Source: Candidatus Saccharimonadota bacterium (GTDB lineage: Archaea; Micrarchaeota; Micrarchaeia; Micrarchaeales; Micrarchaeaceae). Taken from it: a stretch of 32,000 nt of DNA. The translations under genes and the position numbers were made by a program. The stretch is taken from the NCBI RefSeq assembly GCF_002214165.1, contig NZ_CP019964.1:30001-62000 (forward strand). The letters run 5' to 3'. The notes under the pieces are model-generated. The model was not told the origin of the DNA, did not search any database, and worked only from the letters and a program-made list of their open reading frames with translations. Position 1 is the stretch's first letter, and the number at the start of each line of letters is the position of its first letter. This document shows, piece by piece, positions 7,952 through 15,866 of the stretch.

Positions 7952-8722
7952 ATGTCTAAGATGAAATCAAATTATGTAAAGAAGCTTTCCGAAGAAGGGA
8001 AGCGCGAGGATTCAAGAGACGCCTTTAGCTTTAGAGAGATAAAGATAACCAAGGGCATCATAGAGCACGCAGAAGGCTCTGCGCAGGTAGATATCGGGGA
8101 TACAAGAGTGATTGCAGGGGTGAAGATGGTAGTTGAATCGCCCCATGATGATACGCCAAATGAGGGAAACTTGATAGTGTCCGTTACGATATTGCCTATG
8201 GCGGCCACGGAATACGAATCCGGGCCTCCCTCGCCTGAAGAAATAGAGCTGTCAAGGGTTACCGACAGAGGGATTCGCTCTGCGGTGTCAATAGACCCTG
8301 CAAGCCTTTTCATAGAAGAGGGGAAAGTGTGGAGCGTGTACGTAGACGTATACGTGCTCAACTACAGTGGAAACATGCTCGATGCGGCAAGCATTGCCGC
8401 GATGGCAGCGCTAACCAACGCAAGAGTGCCGGAATACAAGGACGGTTCAGCCAATTATGAAAAGAGGGACAAAAAATTAAGCATAAAGAATGTGGTAACT
8501 TCAACAACATTCGCAAAAATCGGGGATTCATTGTTCCTTGACGCGAACGAGAATGAGGAATCCGCGATGAATGCAAGGCTTACCATACAGGTTGATGACA
8601 CACAGATAAGGGCCATGCAGAAGGGCCTTTCAGGGAGCTTTACGATGGAGGAAATAAATAAGCTTATAGATATTTCTTTTGATAAACATAAGGAACTGAA
8701 AGGGCTTATAATAAAAGAGTGA
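7952..8722 (+). CDS. rrp42: Exosome subunit Rrp42 (RNase PH-like, non-catalytic)
   Basis: R(E)DSRDAFSFREIKITKGIIEHAEGSAQVDIGDTRVIAGVK... is an RNase PH-like fold. The ORF opens at GTG 7928, overlapping the rrp41 stop; the first ATG is 7952. Confidence 0.9.
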   Translation: MSKMKSNYVKKLSEEGKREDSRDAFSFREIKITKGIIEHAEGSAQVDIGDTRVIAGVKMVVESPHDDTPNEGNLIVSVTILPMAATEYESGPPSPEEIELSRVTDRGIRSAVSIDPASLFIEEGKVWSVYVDVYVLNYSGNMLDAASIAAMAALTNARVPEYKDGSANYEKRDKKLSIKNVVTSTTFAKIGDSLFLDANENEESAMNARLTIQVDDTQIRAMQKGLSGSFTMEEINKLIDISFDKHKELKGLIIKE

Positions 8723-8727
8723 TTAAT

Positions 8728-9003
8728 ATGTCAAGCGGAAATATAAGATACGGAGCTACAATAAGGAAAAGGAAAAGGGCAGTAACACAGCAGAAGATAG
8801 CACTTTATAAATGCGAGTCCTGCGGAAAGAACTCGGTAGAGAGGATAAGCACTGCTATATGGAGATGCAGGCATTGCGGCAAGATCTATGCTGGAGGAGC
8901 TTATACATTCACCACAGCTATGGGAGCGATTTCCAAGCACTCTCTTGATTCGGTCGGGAAGTCTCAGCGCACGGCAGTGCAGGACAGCTCCAAGCAGGTG
9001 TAA
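8728..9003 (+). CDS. rpl37ae: Ribosomal protein eL43 (L37Ae)
   Basis: GNIRYGATIRKRKRAV...YKCESCGKNSVERISTAIWRCRHCGKIYAGGAY: CxxC...CxxC Zn-ribbon of L37Ae. Confidence 0.9.
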   Translation: MSSGNIRYGATIRKRKRAVTQQKIALYKCESCGKNSVERISTAIWRCRHCGKIYAGGAYTFTTAMGAISKHSLDSVGKSQRTAVQDSSKQV

Positions 9004-9006
9004 GCC

Positions 9007-9381
9007 TTGGAAAACAAAATATCTATTACATATGCCCCTATACATGAAATTATCGTTCATGAAATAGTAAAGGTAGAGCTCGAAGACCTTAAAAGGGAGA
9101 GGGTAACGCCATCAGGCACCCTTCCGCTTTATTGGTGCAGTGGGATAATATTCTCTTTTTCCTCACTTCCTATGTCAAGGAAGGTATTGGATGATTACCT
9201 TGACGGCAGAATACATTGGATGGAAGTCCATTTCTCACAAATGAAGGAGTATTCTTCCTCAATAGAACTGAAAGACGAACAGCATTATTCAGGGAAGATT
9301 GAGATAAGGGTAATAGATACATCAAAATCCAACGTACACCAGGAATTCATAAAGTGGCTTAAGAAGAATACTAAGGTATAA
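9007..9381 (+). CDS. Hypothetical protein (124 aa) in the slot usually held by the Brix/Imp4-like gene
   Basis: ORF begins (TTG) 3 nt after the rpl37ae stop and ends 50 nt before rpoP. Codon usage looks like the neighbours. I recognise no motif; the first ATG is only at codon 56. Confidence 0.35.
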   Translation: MENKISITYAPIHEIIVHEIVKVELEDLKRERVTPSGTLPLYWCSGIIFSFSSLPMSRKVLDDYLDGRIHWMEVHFSQMKEYSSSIELKDEQHYSGKIEIRVIDTSKSNVHQEFIKWLKKNTKV

Positions 9382-9430
9382 ATATTATCACGAAAGATAA
9401 TTAGTGCTAAAATCTGATAGAGGTATAAAA

Positions 9431-9562
9431 ATGGACTATATTTGTGCAAATTGCGGCAGGGACGTAGATTACAATGAGAATTTCATAGCATGCAGCTACT
9501 GCAATTCAAGGATAGTTATAAAGAAAAGGCCAAGTATACCAAGAGAAGTATCGACCGATTGA
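9431..9562 (+). CDS. rpoP: DNA-directed RNA polymerase subunit P (Rpo12/RpoP)
   Basis: Below the ORF-track cutoff. Hand translation gives MDYICANCGRDVDYNENFIACSYCNSRIVIKKRPSIPREVSTD (43 aa), with CxxC...CxxC followed by RI(L/V)xK+RP, characteristic of RpoP. GAGGT lies upstream and a T6 run follows the stop. Confidence 0.8.
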   Translation: MDYICANCGRDVDYNENFIACSYCNSRIVIKKRPSIPREVSTD

Positions 9563-9595
9563 TTTTTTCGGTCCCAACCTAGTCCTGAATTAATG

Positions 9596-9610
9596 AAAGT
9601 TTTAAAAACA
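9596..9610 (+). promoter_or_regulatory. TATA-like box placing the TSS at or near the ATG of the 9631 ORF (leaderless)
   Basis: AAAGTTTTAAAAACA, with its core centred ~27 nt upstream of ATG 9631. No Shine-Dalgarno in between. Confidence 0.4.
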
Positions 9611-9630
9611 TTGAGTATCAAGGGTATTCA

Positions 9631-10167
9631 ATGGACAACAAGCAGCAGGCTGGAAAGGCACTGCTCATAATAATTTTATTGCTCTTTATAGCGTTAGCTT
9701 TCCTTATATTCATAGCGCTGAAAGTGTACCTGCCAACAACAATTTACAAGACCGACACCATTTACCTTTACCATAATTATAACTCTTCTATCAGGGCAAA
9801 TATAACATCTGATCCTTATATGGTAATTATAGGCACACTTAACCTGAAAGGCCCTGGAATCAACGATTCCATTCCAATATACAGATCATCTTCGGGTGTT
9901 GCATGCCCTTCAGAGTCAACTACAGGATTGCCCTGCCCTCTGCCAAATGAAATTATACTATTTAATGAGCTAAAGCCCTTGTCCCTCTACAATCTTTCCT
10001 TCACAGGATCTGCGTCCCCTATATGCATAAAGGGAAATATCTGTCCATTCGTTAATCTGAACACGTCCGCACTGCCAGACTACATAGTAGCGCTTAGGTA
10101 CAGCAAGGAAATAGAAACAGGGCCAAATGCCAGCACTATAAATATATCAGTGTCATTAGAGAACTAA
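9631..10167 (+). CDS. Hypothetical membrane-anchored / secreted protein
   Basis: N-terminal hydrophobic anchor KALLIIILLLFIALAFLIFIAL. The ectodomain has 7 N-x-S/T sequons (NSS, NIT, NDS, NLS, NTS, NAS, NIS) and 4 Cys. Confidence 0.5.
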   Translation: MDNKQQAGKALLIIILLLFIALAFLIFIALKVYLPTTIYKTDTIYLYHNYNSSIRANITSDPYMVIIGTLNLKGPGINDSIPIYRSSSGVACPSESTTGLPCPLPNEIILFNELKPLSLYNLSFTGSASPICIKGNICPFVNLNTSALPDYIVALRYSKEIETGPNASTINISVSLEN

Positions 10168-10224
10168 AAAGCATATAAAAAATCTGGAAAACGAGAATAA
10201 GAAAATCAAATGAGCAGAAGAAGA

Positions 10225-10710
10225 TCAGACCCTTCTTCCTCTCTTACCTCCAGCCCTCCTTGTCGTGTCCGTAGGTATAGGAGTAACATCCGATATGCCG
10301 TTTATAGTAAGGCCGCTTCTGGCCAATACTCTTACAACTGCCTGTGCTCCTGGCCCCGGTGTCTTTGAGTTGTGTCCGCCAGGTGCCCTTATCTCTATAG
10401 TTATGTTGGTAATTCCTTTCTCCTTTGCATCTGCGGCTACTTTGTATGCCGCCTGCATTGCAGCATAAGGCGAACCTTCTTGTGAATCAGCATTCACAAT
10501 CATACCTCCGCTTCCAACCGCTATGGTTTCAGCACCGCTCATATCGGTAAGGGTTATTATAGTATCATTCTTGGACGAGTATACGTGTGCAACTGCAAGC
10601 CTCTGCGGCCTTTCCTTCACGGTAAGGGCTTCCATGGCCTTTGCTTCGTAAGACTCCTCTCCCTTGTTCTTTTTGCCTTCATCTGTTTTTAATTTTTTTC
10701 CTTTAGCCAT
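10225..10710 (-). CDS. rps11: Ribosomal protein uS11
   Basis: ...[33 protein letters not shown]...[43 protein letters not shown] is the canonical S11 C-terminus. Confidence 0.95.
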   Translation of the reverse strand: MAKGKKLKTDEGKKNKGEESYEAKAMEALTVKERPQRLAVAHVYSSKNDTIITLTDMSGAETIAVGSGGMIVNADSQEGSPYAAMQAAYKVAADAKEKGITNITIEIRAPGGHNSKTPGPGAQAVVRVLARSGLTINGISDVTPIPTDTTRRAGGKRGRRV

Positions 10711-10726
10711 ATAAATACACCTGATT

Positions 10727-11308
10727 TTATTCGCTTACAACTGCCGGGCTCTCTTCAGAAGCAACCGCTTCCTTAGCCTCATTATTCAAGTCTGAACGAC
10801 TTTCCTCATGCTTTGGTGCGGCCTCAAGGTTGATTGGCCTGTAATACCCAAGTTTGTCTTCTTCCGAAACAGATACCCTGTATCCTGGCTTGTCTATCTT
10901 CCTTCCGCTTATTGCTATAAATCCATGGGTTATCAGCTGCCTTGACTGGGCCATGCTTTTTGCAAGTCCCTTCCTGAATACCAAAGACTGCAAGCGCCTT
11001 TCAAGGAACGCAGTTTCATCCAAGTCCAAGGCCTTCTCCAAGCTTACCCCTGGAGCAGCTATGCCATACTTAACCAGCTTGCTCAAGATACTATCAGAAA
11101 TCTTATTTATATTTTCGGATTCAGGTGCGGAAAGCAAAAGCCTTACATTTCCTCTAAGCTTGCTAAGCTCAGTCTGTATCTTCCACAGTTCCTTTTCATT
11201 TTTAAGCCCGAATTCCTTTATAAACTTTGAATCTACTTCTATCCTAGCTGTGCTCCACATATCTCTAGGCTTGTCATATTTCCTTCTATTTCTCTTTGGT
11301 GCTCCCAA
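10727..11308 (-). CDS. rps4: Ribosomal protein uS4
   Basis: (TTG)[17 protein letters not shown]... is an archaeal S4 N-terminus, followed by an S4 RNA-binding domain ([42 protein letters not shown]). GTGAT Shine-Dalgarno upstream. Confidence 0.95.
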   Translation of the reverse strand: MGAPKRNRRKYDKPRDMWSTARIEVDSKFIKEFGLKNEKELWKIQTELSKLRGNVRLLLSAPESENINKISDSILSKLVKYGIAAPGVSLEKALDLDETAFLERRLQSLVFRKGLAKSMAQSRQLITHGFIAISGRKIDKPGYRVSVSEEDKLGYYRPINLEAAPKHEESRSDLNNEAKEAVASEESPAVVSE

Positions 11309-11319
11309 TTAATCACTTA

Positions 11320-11952
11320 TTATTTTTTAGATGAAGATGATGTTGCAGGCTTGTTTGCTTTCTTGGTAACCCCTACGGTTGCCCCTCTTCTTCCTGTAGA
11401 GCGTGTATGCTGTCCTCTTACTCTCAGGTTGTACTGGTGCCTGTAGCCTATCCATGTCCTTAAGGTAACCGCCCTGCTTATATCTTGCCTTGTAGCAAAT
11501 ACAAGATCGTTCCCAACTACATGAAGGTCCTTTCCTGTTTCCATATCCTTGTTCCGGTTAAGCAAGAATGCAGGAATCCCGAATTTTGCAGGGTCTTTTA
11601 TTACTTCTTCCAACTTTGAAAGCTGTTCATCGTTTAAATCTTCAAGCCTTGTCTCTGGAGGTATATTCAAGCTTTTATCTATGATATAACGCAGTCCATT
11701 GGCCATTGTGAAGCCTATTCCTCGTATGTTCATGATTGCGTTCTCTATATTAAGATTTCCCGGTATGTCCTTTCCCGAAAGCCTTATTATTGATGCACTC
11801 CTTGCTGACCTCTCATCATATCTTTTCTCCTTTGGCTCTACCTGCTTTGCAGGTTTTTGCTGGGGCTTTGCCTTAACTTCTGCCTTAGGCTCTGCTGGAG
11901 CTTCAGCCTTTGGTTTCTCTGCTTTATTGACATCTTTTTTTTGTTCTGACAT
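11320..11952 (-). CDS. rps13: Ribosomal protein uS13 with ~53-aa Lys/Pro/Ala/Glu-rich N-terminal extension
   Basis: Conserved core begins at ...IIRLSGKDIPGNLNIENAIMNIRGIGFTMANGL and ends ...YRHQYNLRVRGQHTRSTGRRG. It is preceded by MSEQKKDVNKAEKPKAEAPAEPKAEVKAKPQQKPAKQVEPKEK. Confidence 0.9.
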   Translation of the reverse strand: MSEQKKDVNKAEKPKAEAPAEPKAEVKAKPQQKPAKQVEPKEKRYDERSARSASIIRLSGKDIPGNLNIENAIMNIRGIGFTMANGLRYIIDKSLNIPPETRLEDLNDEQLSKLEEVIKDPAKFGIPAFLLNRNKDMETGKDLHVVGNDLVFATRQDISRAVTLRTWIGYRHQYNLRVRGQHTRSTGRRGATVGVTKKANKPATSSSSKK

Positions 11953-12046
11953 AAATATTCACCATTTGATGAAACTGTTAAATAAAACTATAAAATTATA
12001 TAACAATATTTAACCTATAATATTATTAATTTATCCTTAAATTATA

Positions 12047-12181
12047 CGCCAGGGCTGGGATATTCCGCCTATTTATAAGAAATTTACAAATGAAGCTTTT
12101 GAACCCAGAAGGCCTAGAAAGGCCATACGCTTACAGGTATGAACTCCAGGCGTACGCGTTACCGGTTTCCGCCATCCTGGC
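12047..12181 (-). tRNA. tRNA-Ser (anticodon GGA) with two insertions: 12 nt in the anticodon loop and ~37 nt in the T-loop
   Basis: Reverse complement folds as GCCAGGA/TG/GCGG/AAACCGGTA/ACGC/G/TACGC/[19-nt loop CTGGAGTTCATACCTGTAA]/GCGTA/[variable arm TGGCCTTTCTAGGCCTT]/CTGGG/[44-nt loop TTCAAAAGC...GGAATAT]/CCCAG/CCCTGGC/G. There are perfect 5-bp anticodon and T stems, a type II variable arm and discriminator G. The only U33-compatible reading consistent with a type II arm is C-U-GGA-G...A. Length of 135 nt equals about 86 + 12 + 37. One A7:C66 mismatch. Confidence 0.75.
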
Positions 12182-12200
12182 TTACTATTAATCTAATAAT

Positions 12201-12217
12201 AATATTATTTAAACTTT
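12201..12217 (-). promoter_or_regulatory. BRE/TATA promoter of tRNA-Ser(GGA)
   Basis: The reverse complement reads AAAGTTTAAATAATATT. The TATA core lies 25-32 nt upstream of the tRNA 5' end at 12181. Confidence 0.5.
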
Positions 12218-12300
12218 ACTAACAAACCCCATAAATTTTTAGGATTGCCTTTTTAGAAAAATTCATTACTTGCCCTAATTGGTCCGGTTACATCTAAACA

Positions 12301-12318
12301 AAAGGTTAATATAACTTT
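12301..12318 (+). promoter_or_regulatory. BRE/TATA promoter of lysS
   Basis: AAAGGTTAATATAACTTT lies ~30-45 nt upstream of the start codon and shares the AAAGGT prefix with the recurrent promoter-like motif. AAGGTG Shine-Dalgarno at 12338-12343. Confidence 0.45.
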
Positions 12319-12345
12319 AAAATTTCATTGTAATATCAAGGTGTA

Positions 12346-13800
12346 ATGATGGCAGAAGAGTACAAGCTCAACAAGTTAAACGAACTGAAAAGCATGGGAA
12401 TTAATCCATACCCTTATTCATACAAGGTAACCAACCATTCAGAGGAAATAAAGCTAAATTTTGACAAACTGGAAGATACAGACGTTACCGCCGCAGGGAG
12501 GATAATAGGATTAAGGCATATGGGAAAGCTGTACTTCTTTGATTTACTGGACGGTGAAGGCAAGATACAGGTTATGGCAGCACCAAACTTCTCTTCAGAA
12601 TCCTCTTTGAAGATATTGGAAAACCTTGACACTGGAGATTTTGCGGGAGTCGAAGGCAAAGTGACCAAATCCAAAAGGGGTGAGATAAGCATAGCGGCAA
12701 AGGAAATTACAGTGCTTTCAAAAAGCCTGCTATCTCTTCCAGAAAAATTCCACGGCCTTACGGACATTGAATTGAGGTACCGGAAAAGGTATCTCGATTT
12801 AATCTCAAATACAGAAGTAAGAAAATTCTTTGTTACAAGGTCCAAGATACTGAAATACATGAGGGATTTCTTTGATTCAAGAGGATATGTGGAGTTTGAA
12901 ACTCCTATACTGCAGCCCACATATGGGGGTGCAAACGCATCACCTTTCAAGACCTATTTCAATGCCCTAAACCAGGATATGTTCTTGAGAATAGCTGACG
13001 AGCTTTACCTAAAGAGGCTAATTGTTGGTGGATTTGAGAAGGTATACGAGGTTTCAAAAGATTTCCGCAACGAGGACATAGATTCAACACATAATCCCGA
13101 ATTCACGCAGATAGAGGCATATGAGATGTTCAAGGATTATGAGGACTATATGAAAATGACTGAGGAACTGCTCAGCGGGATGGTGAAATACCTTTTTGGC
13201 TCATACAAGATAAAATACCAAGGTAAGGAGCTGGATTTCACCCCGCCATTCAAAAGGCTGTACTGGGTAGAAGTGCTGAATGAGAAAACAGGAGTGGATG
13301 TATCAAAGCTTACAGACAAGGAAGCAAAGGAGGTTGCAGAGAGAGAGAATCTTGATATACCTATGAAGAACTCATATCATGTTGCAGATGCATTATTCGA
13401 CAAATACATAAAGCCCGAACTGTTCAATCCTGTCTTCGTATTGGATTTCCCTGCATACATGTCCCCATTGACAAAGGACAAACGTGGAAATAACAAGCTT
13501 AGCGAAAGGTTCGAGCTTTATCTGGCGGGCAAGGAGGATGCGAACTGCTACTCCGAGCTCACGGATCCAATAGAGCAGAGAAAGAAATTTGAGGAGCAGG
13601 ACAAGGAGAGGAAGAAAGGTGATCCAGAAGCACCGCCTATAGACGAGGACTTTCTTGAGGCCATCGAGTATGGAATGCCACCAACTGCGGGAATCGGGAT
13701 CGCAATAGACCGGCTTGCCATGATACTGACGGACAACATTTCTATAAAGGAAGTGATAACCTTCCCTGCAGTGAAGACCGAGAAGCAGAATGGTGTTTAG
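12346..13800 (+). CDS. lysS: Lysyl-tRNA synthetase, class II type
   Basis: RYRKRYLDLISN..., GGANASPFKTYFNALNQDMFLRIADELYLKRLIVGGFEKVYEVSKDFRNEDIDSTHNPEFTQIEAYEMF, and C-terminal GMPPTAGIGIAIDRLAMILT. These are class II motifs 1-3 and align closely with bacterial/eukaryal LysRS-II (GGAAARPF...LRIAPELYLKRL...FRNEG...HNPEFT). Confidence 0.9.
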   Translation: MMAEEYKLNKLNELKSMGINPYPYSYKVTNHSEEIKLNFDKLEDTDVTAAGRIIGLRHMGKLYFFDLLDGEGKIQVMAAPNFSSESSLKILENLDTGDFAGVEGKVTKSKRGEISIAAKEITVLSKSLLSLPEKFHGLTDIELRYRKRYLDLISNTEVRKFFVTRSKILKYMRDFFDSRGYVEFETPILQPTYGGANASPFKTYFNALNQDMFLRIADELYLKRLIVGGFEKVYEVSKDFRNEDIDSTHNPEFTQIEAYEMFKDYEDYMKMTEELLSGMVKYLFGSYKIKYQGKELDFTPPFKRLYWVEVLNEKTGVDVSKLTDKEAKEVAERENLDIPMKNSYHVADALFDKYIKPELFNPVFVLDFPAYMSPLTKDKRGNNKLSERFELYLAGKEDANCYSELTDPIEQRKKFEEQDKERKKGDPEAPPIDEDFLEAIEYGMPPTAGIGIAIDRLAMILTDNISIKEVITFPAVKTEKQNGV

Positions 13801-13871
13801 CCCCCACAATGCAGCAACTTCCGGTTTCCAAAAGCATAAATAAATAATTCAAGACATAATAATTGATAAAG

Positions 13872-15026
13872 ATGCCATTGGACCAGAAGGTCGCGGATTT
13901 CGTGACGCCTTTGATAAGGAAGTACTACAGCAGGGTAAAGATAGATGTAGACCACCTCTCTGAAAGGGAATTCGGGTTCGGCAGCTTTGAAAGCAAGATA
14001 ACAACAAGGCATCATGCCTTTCAGGACAAGGGGCAGCTGCAGGATTACTTGGTCGCAAATGCGCCTCCTTTTGCATCCTGCTCCCCTTCCTTATACGAAA
14101 GGCCCGCCGCAAGACCTATGGAGGCCAAAGGATGGAAGGGAGCCGAGCTTGTTTTTGACCTTGACTCCAACGATCTGCATCTATCCTGCCAAAAGGAACA
14201 CGGAAGCTCATGGGTGTGCGACAATTGCTTCACCGCAGTAAAAGATGAAGCGTTGAAGCTAATAGAAGATTTCCTCATCTCCGATTTTGGATTTTCCGAA
14301 AATGAGATAAGGATAAACTTCAGCGGTAACAGGGGTTACCACATCCATGTAATATCCGATGAAGTTATGAACCTCAATTCAAAGGAAAGGAAGGAGATGA
14401 GCGATTACATATCAGGTAATAATATCGATATAGAAGCATTTTTCCCTACAATAAATGAAAGAGGTGCACACTTGGATGGACCCAAGCTGTCCGATTTTGG
14501 ATGGGGCGGAAGGATAGCAAGGGGGGTCGTCGGTGCATTGAACTCTGGAGAGAATTCCTTAAAACTGCTTGGAATAGACTCTACAAACAGCCGCCGGCTT
14601 GTCAGGAATAAGGCAAAGGTAATACCTGGGATAGAGGCGGGGAACTGGGACAAGGTCAAGATAACTAAGAAATCCGAATTTTGGAATAACGTGATTACCA
14701 ATATGACAATAAAGCAAAGCGATGCTATAGACAAGAATGTGACCAATGACACATCACATATACTAAGGGTGCCCAATACACTGCATGGCGATACTGGGCT
14801 GATAGCAAGGAAGATAAAATCTATAGGGGCATTGGAGGGGTTCGATCCGATGAAGGATGCATTGGCATTTTCGGACCGCACAGTAAAGATACATGCGATC
14901 AGTGTGCCAAAGCTAAGGGTAAGAGATGTGAGCTATGGCCCTTACAAAGATGAAGATGTTGAAGTAGGTCTTGCTGCAGCCGTTTACATGATGCTCAAGC
15001 GCGTGGCAGTCCTTGCGGAGGACTAA
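13872..15026 (+). CDS. priS: DNA primase small (catalytic) subunit PriS
   Basis: EREFGFGSF...RHHAF...GAELVFDLDSND (catalytic Asp pair), CQKEHGSSWVCDNC Zn motif, and NFSGNRGYHIHV. The ORF opens at TTG 13863; the first ATG is 13872. Confidence 0.9.
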   Translation: MPLDQKVADFVTPLIRKYYSRVKIDVDHLSEREFGFGSFESKITTRHHAFQDKGQLQDYLVANAPPFASCSPSLYERPAARPMEAKGWKGAELVFDLDSNDLHLSCQKEHGSSWVCDNCFTAVKDEALKLIEDFLISDFGFSENEIRINFSGNRGYHIHVISDEVMNLNSKERKEMSDYISGNNIDIEAFFPTINERGAHLDGPKLSDFGWGGRIARGVVGALNSGENSLKLLGIDSTNSRRLVRNKAKVIPGIEAGNWDKVKITKKSEFWNNVITNMTIKQSDAIDKNVTNDTSHILRVPNTLHGDTGLIARKIKSIGALEGFDPMKDALAFSDRTVKIHAISVPKLRVRDVSYGPYKDEDVEVGLAAAVYMMLKRVAVLAED

Positions 15027-15064
15027 GCCAAAAAATCTAAATAACCTTTGAGGCGAATCTCAAA

Positions 15065-15325
15065 TTGAACATGATGAACAAAATATTAATAGGGTCCAGA
15101 TTACTGCTATTCATATTGCTGCTTATGGTAATTGTCTTCATAGTTATAATAGTCGAAGCGGTTATATTTATCCTAGAGCACATATTGATATTTGCAGCAA
15201 TAATATTAGTGCTGGTGCTGCTTTTATTCTATCTGAAGCACAGAATTAGAAAACATTTTTTCATTGAATACAAAAAACCTGAAGATAAAAACGCATATGA
15301 TGCAAAATACAAAAAGATAAATTGA
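15065..15325 (+). CDS. Hypothetical small membrane protein (2 predicted TM helices)
   Basis: LLLFILLLMVIVFIVIIVEAVIFILEHILIFAAIILVLVLLLFYL followed by a basic tail. No motif recognised. Confidence 0.4.
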   Translation: MNMMNKILIGSRLLLFILLLMVIVFIVIIVEAVIFILEHILIFAAIILVLVLLLFYLKHRIRKHFFIEYKKPEDKNAYDAKYKKIN

Positions 15326-15337
15326 ATAATGAAACAT

Positions 15338-15709
15338 TCACTCTTTTTCTTCAGGATCTGAATCATTATCTTTCATCCTTTCAACTACACTATCCATTTC
15401 TGGATAATATTTGTTGACCAGCTCGGTCCCTCTCTCCTCCCCGAGTGTGTTTATTATGTTGCTCTTGCATTCCTCCATTGCTTTCTTTATCCCGCCCTTT
15501 GTAGGATTTTTGAAATCCACATTGCATTTCCTGAATACATCCCCCAAATATATCTTTACCCGTGCATTGAGCTCGTCGTCGGGAACCTTTTCGTTCAATG
15601 CATCTGACATTTCCTTATTTGCATTTGTGAAACATGATACAAGATGGTTGACGACATAATCTTTATCCAATTTCTTGCTTTCAGAGCTGTTATTTATTTT
15701 ATCTTCCAC
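15338..15709 (-). CDS. Hypothetical acidic soluble protein (123 aa)
   Basis: ORF with host-like codon usage, convergent with the 15065 ORF. No motif recognised. Confidence 0.4.
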   Translation of the reverse strand: MEDKINNSSESKKLDKDYVVNHLVSCFTNANKEMSDALNEKVPDDELNARVKIYLGDVFRKCNVDFKNPTKGGIKKAMEECKSNIINTLGEERGTELVNKYYPEMDSVVERMKDNDSDPEEKE

Positions 15710-15866
15710 TGAATCACAACAATATAACCAGGTTATAAAATAAAAATGTTAATATTGCAAAGTTTTATCTTTTGTAAAAATAAGCAGTACTCTGGAGCAT
15801 TGGACTTATAACCTTTAAATAACTAAATTAATTTAAATGTATAATGCTATTTTATAATGAATTCGC

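Noticed and set aside
13797-14278. Cluster of four overlapping 72-87 aa ORFs on both strands at the 5' end of priS.
   Set aside because: This stretch is locally more GC-rich and encodes the conserved PriS N-terminus (EREFGFGSF...ELVFDLDS). The alternative frames give Pro/Arg/Ser-rich nonsense typical of off-frame GC-rich sequence.
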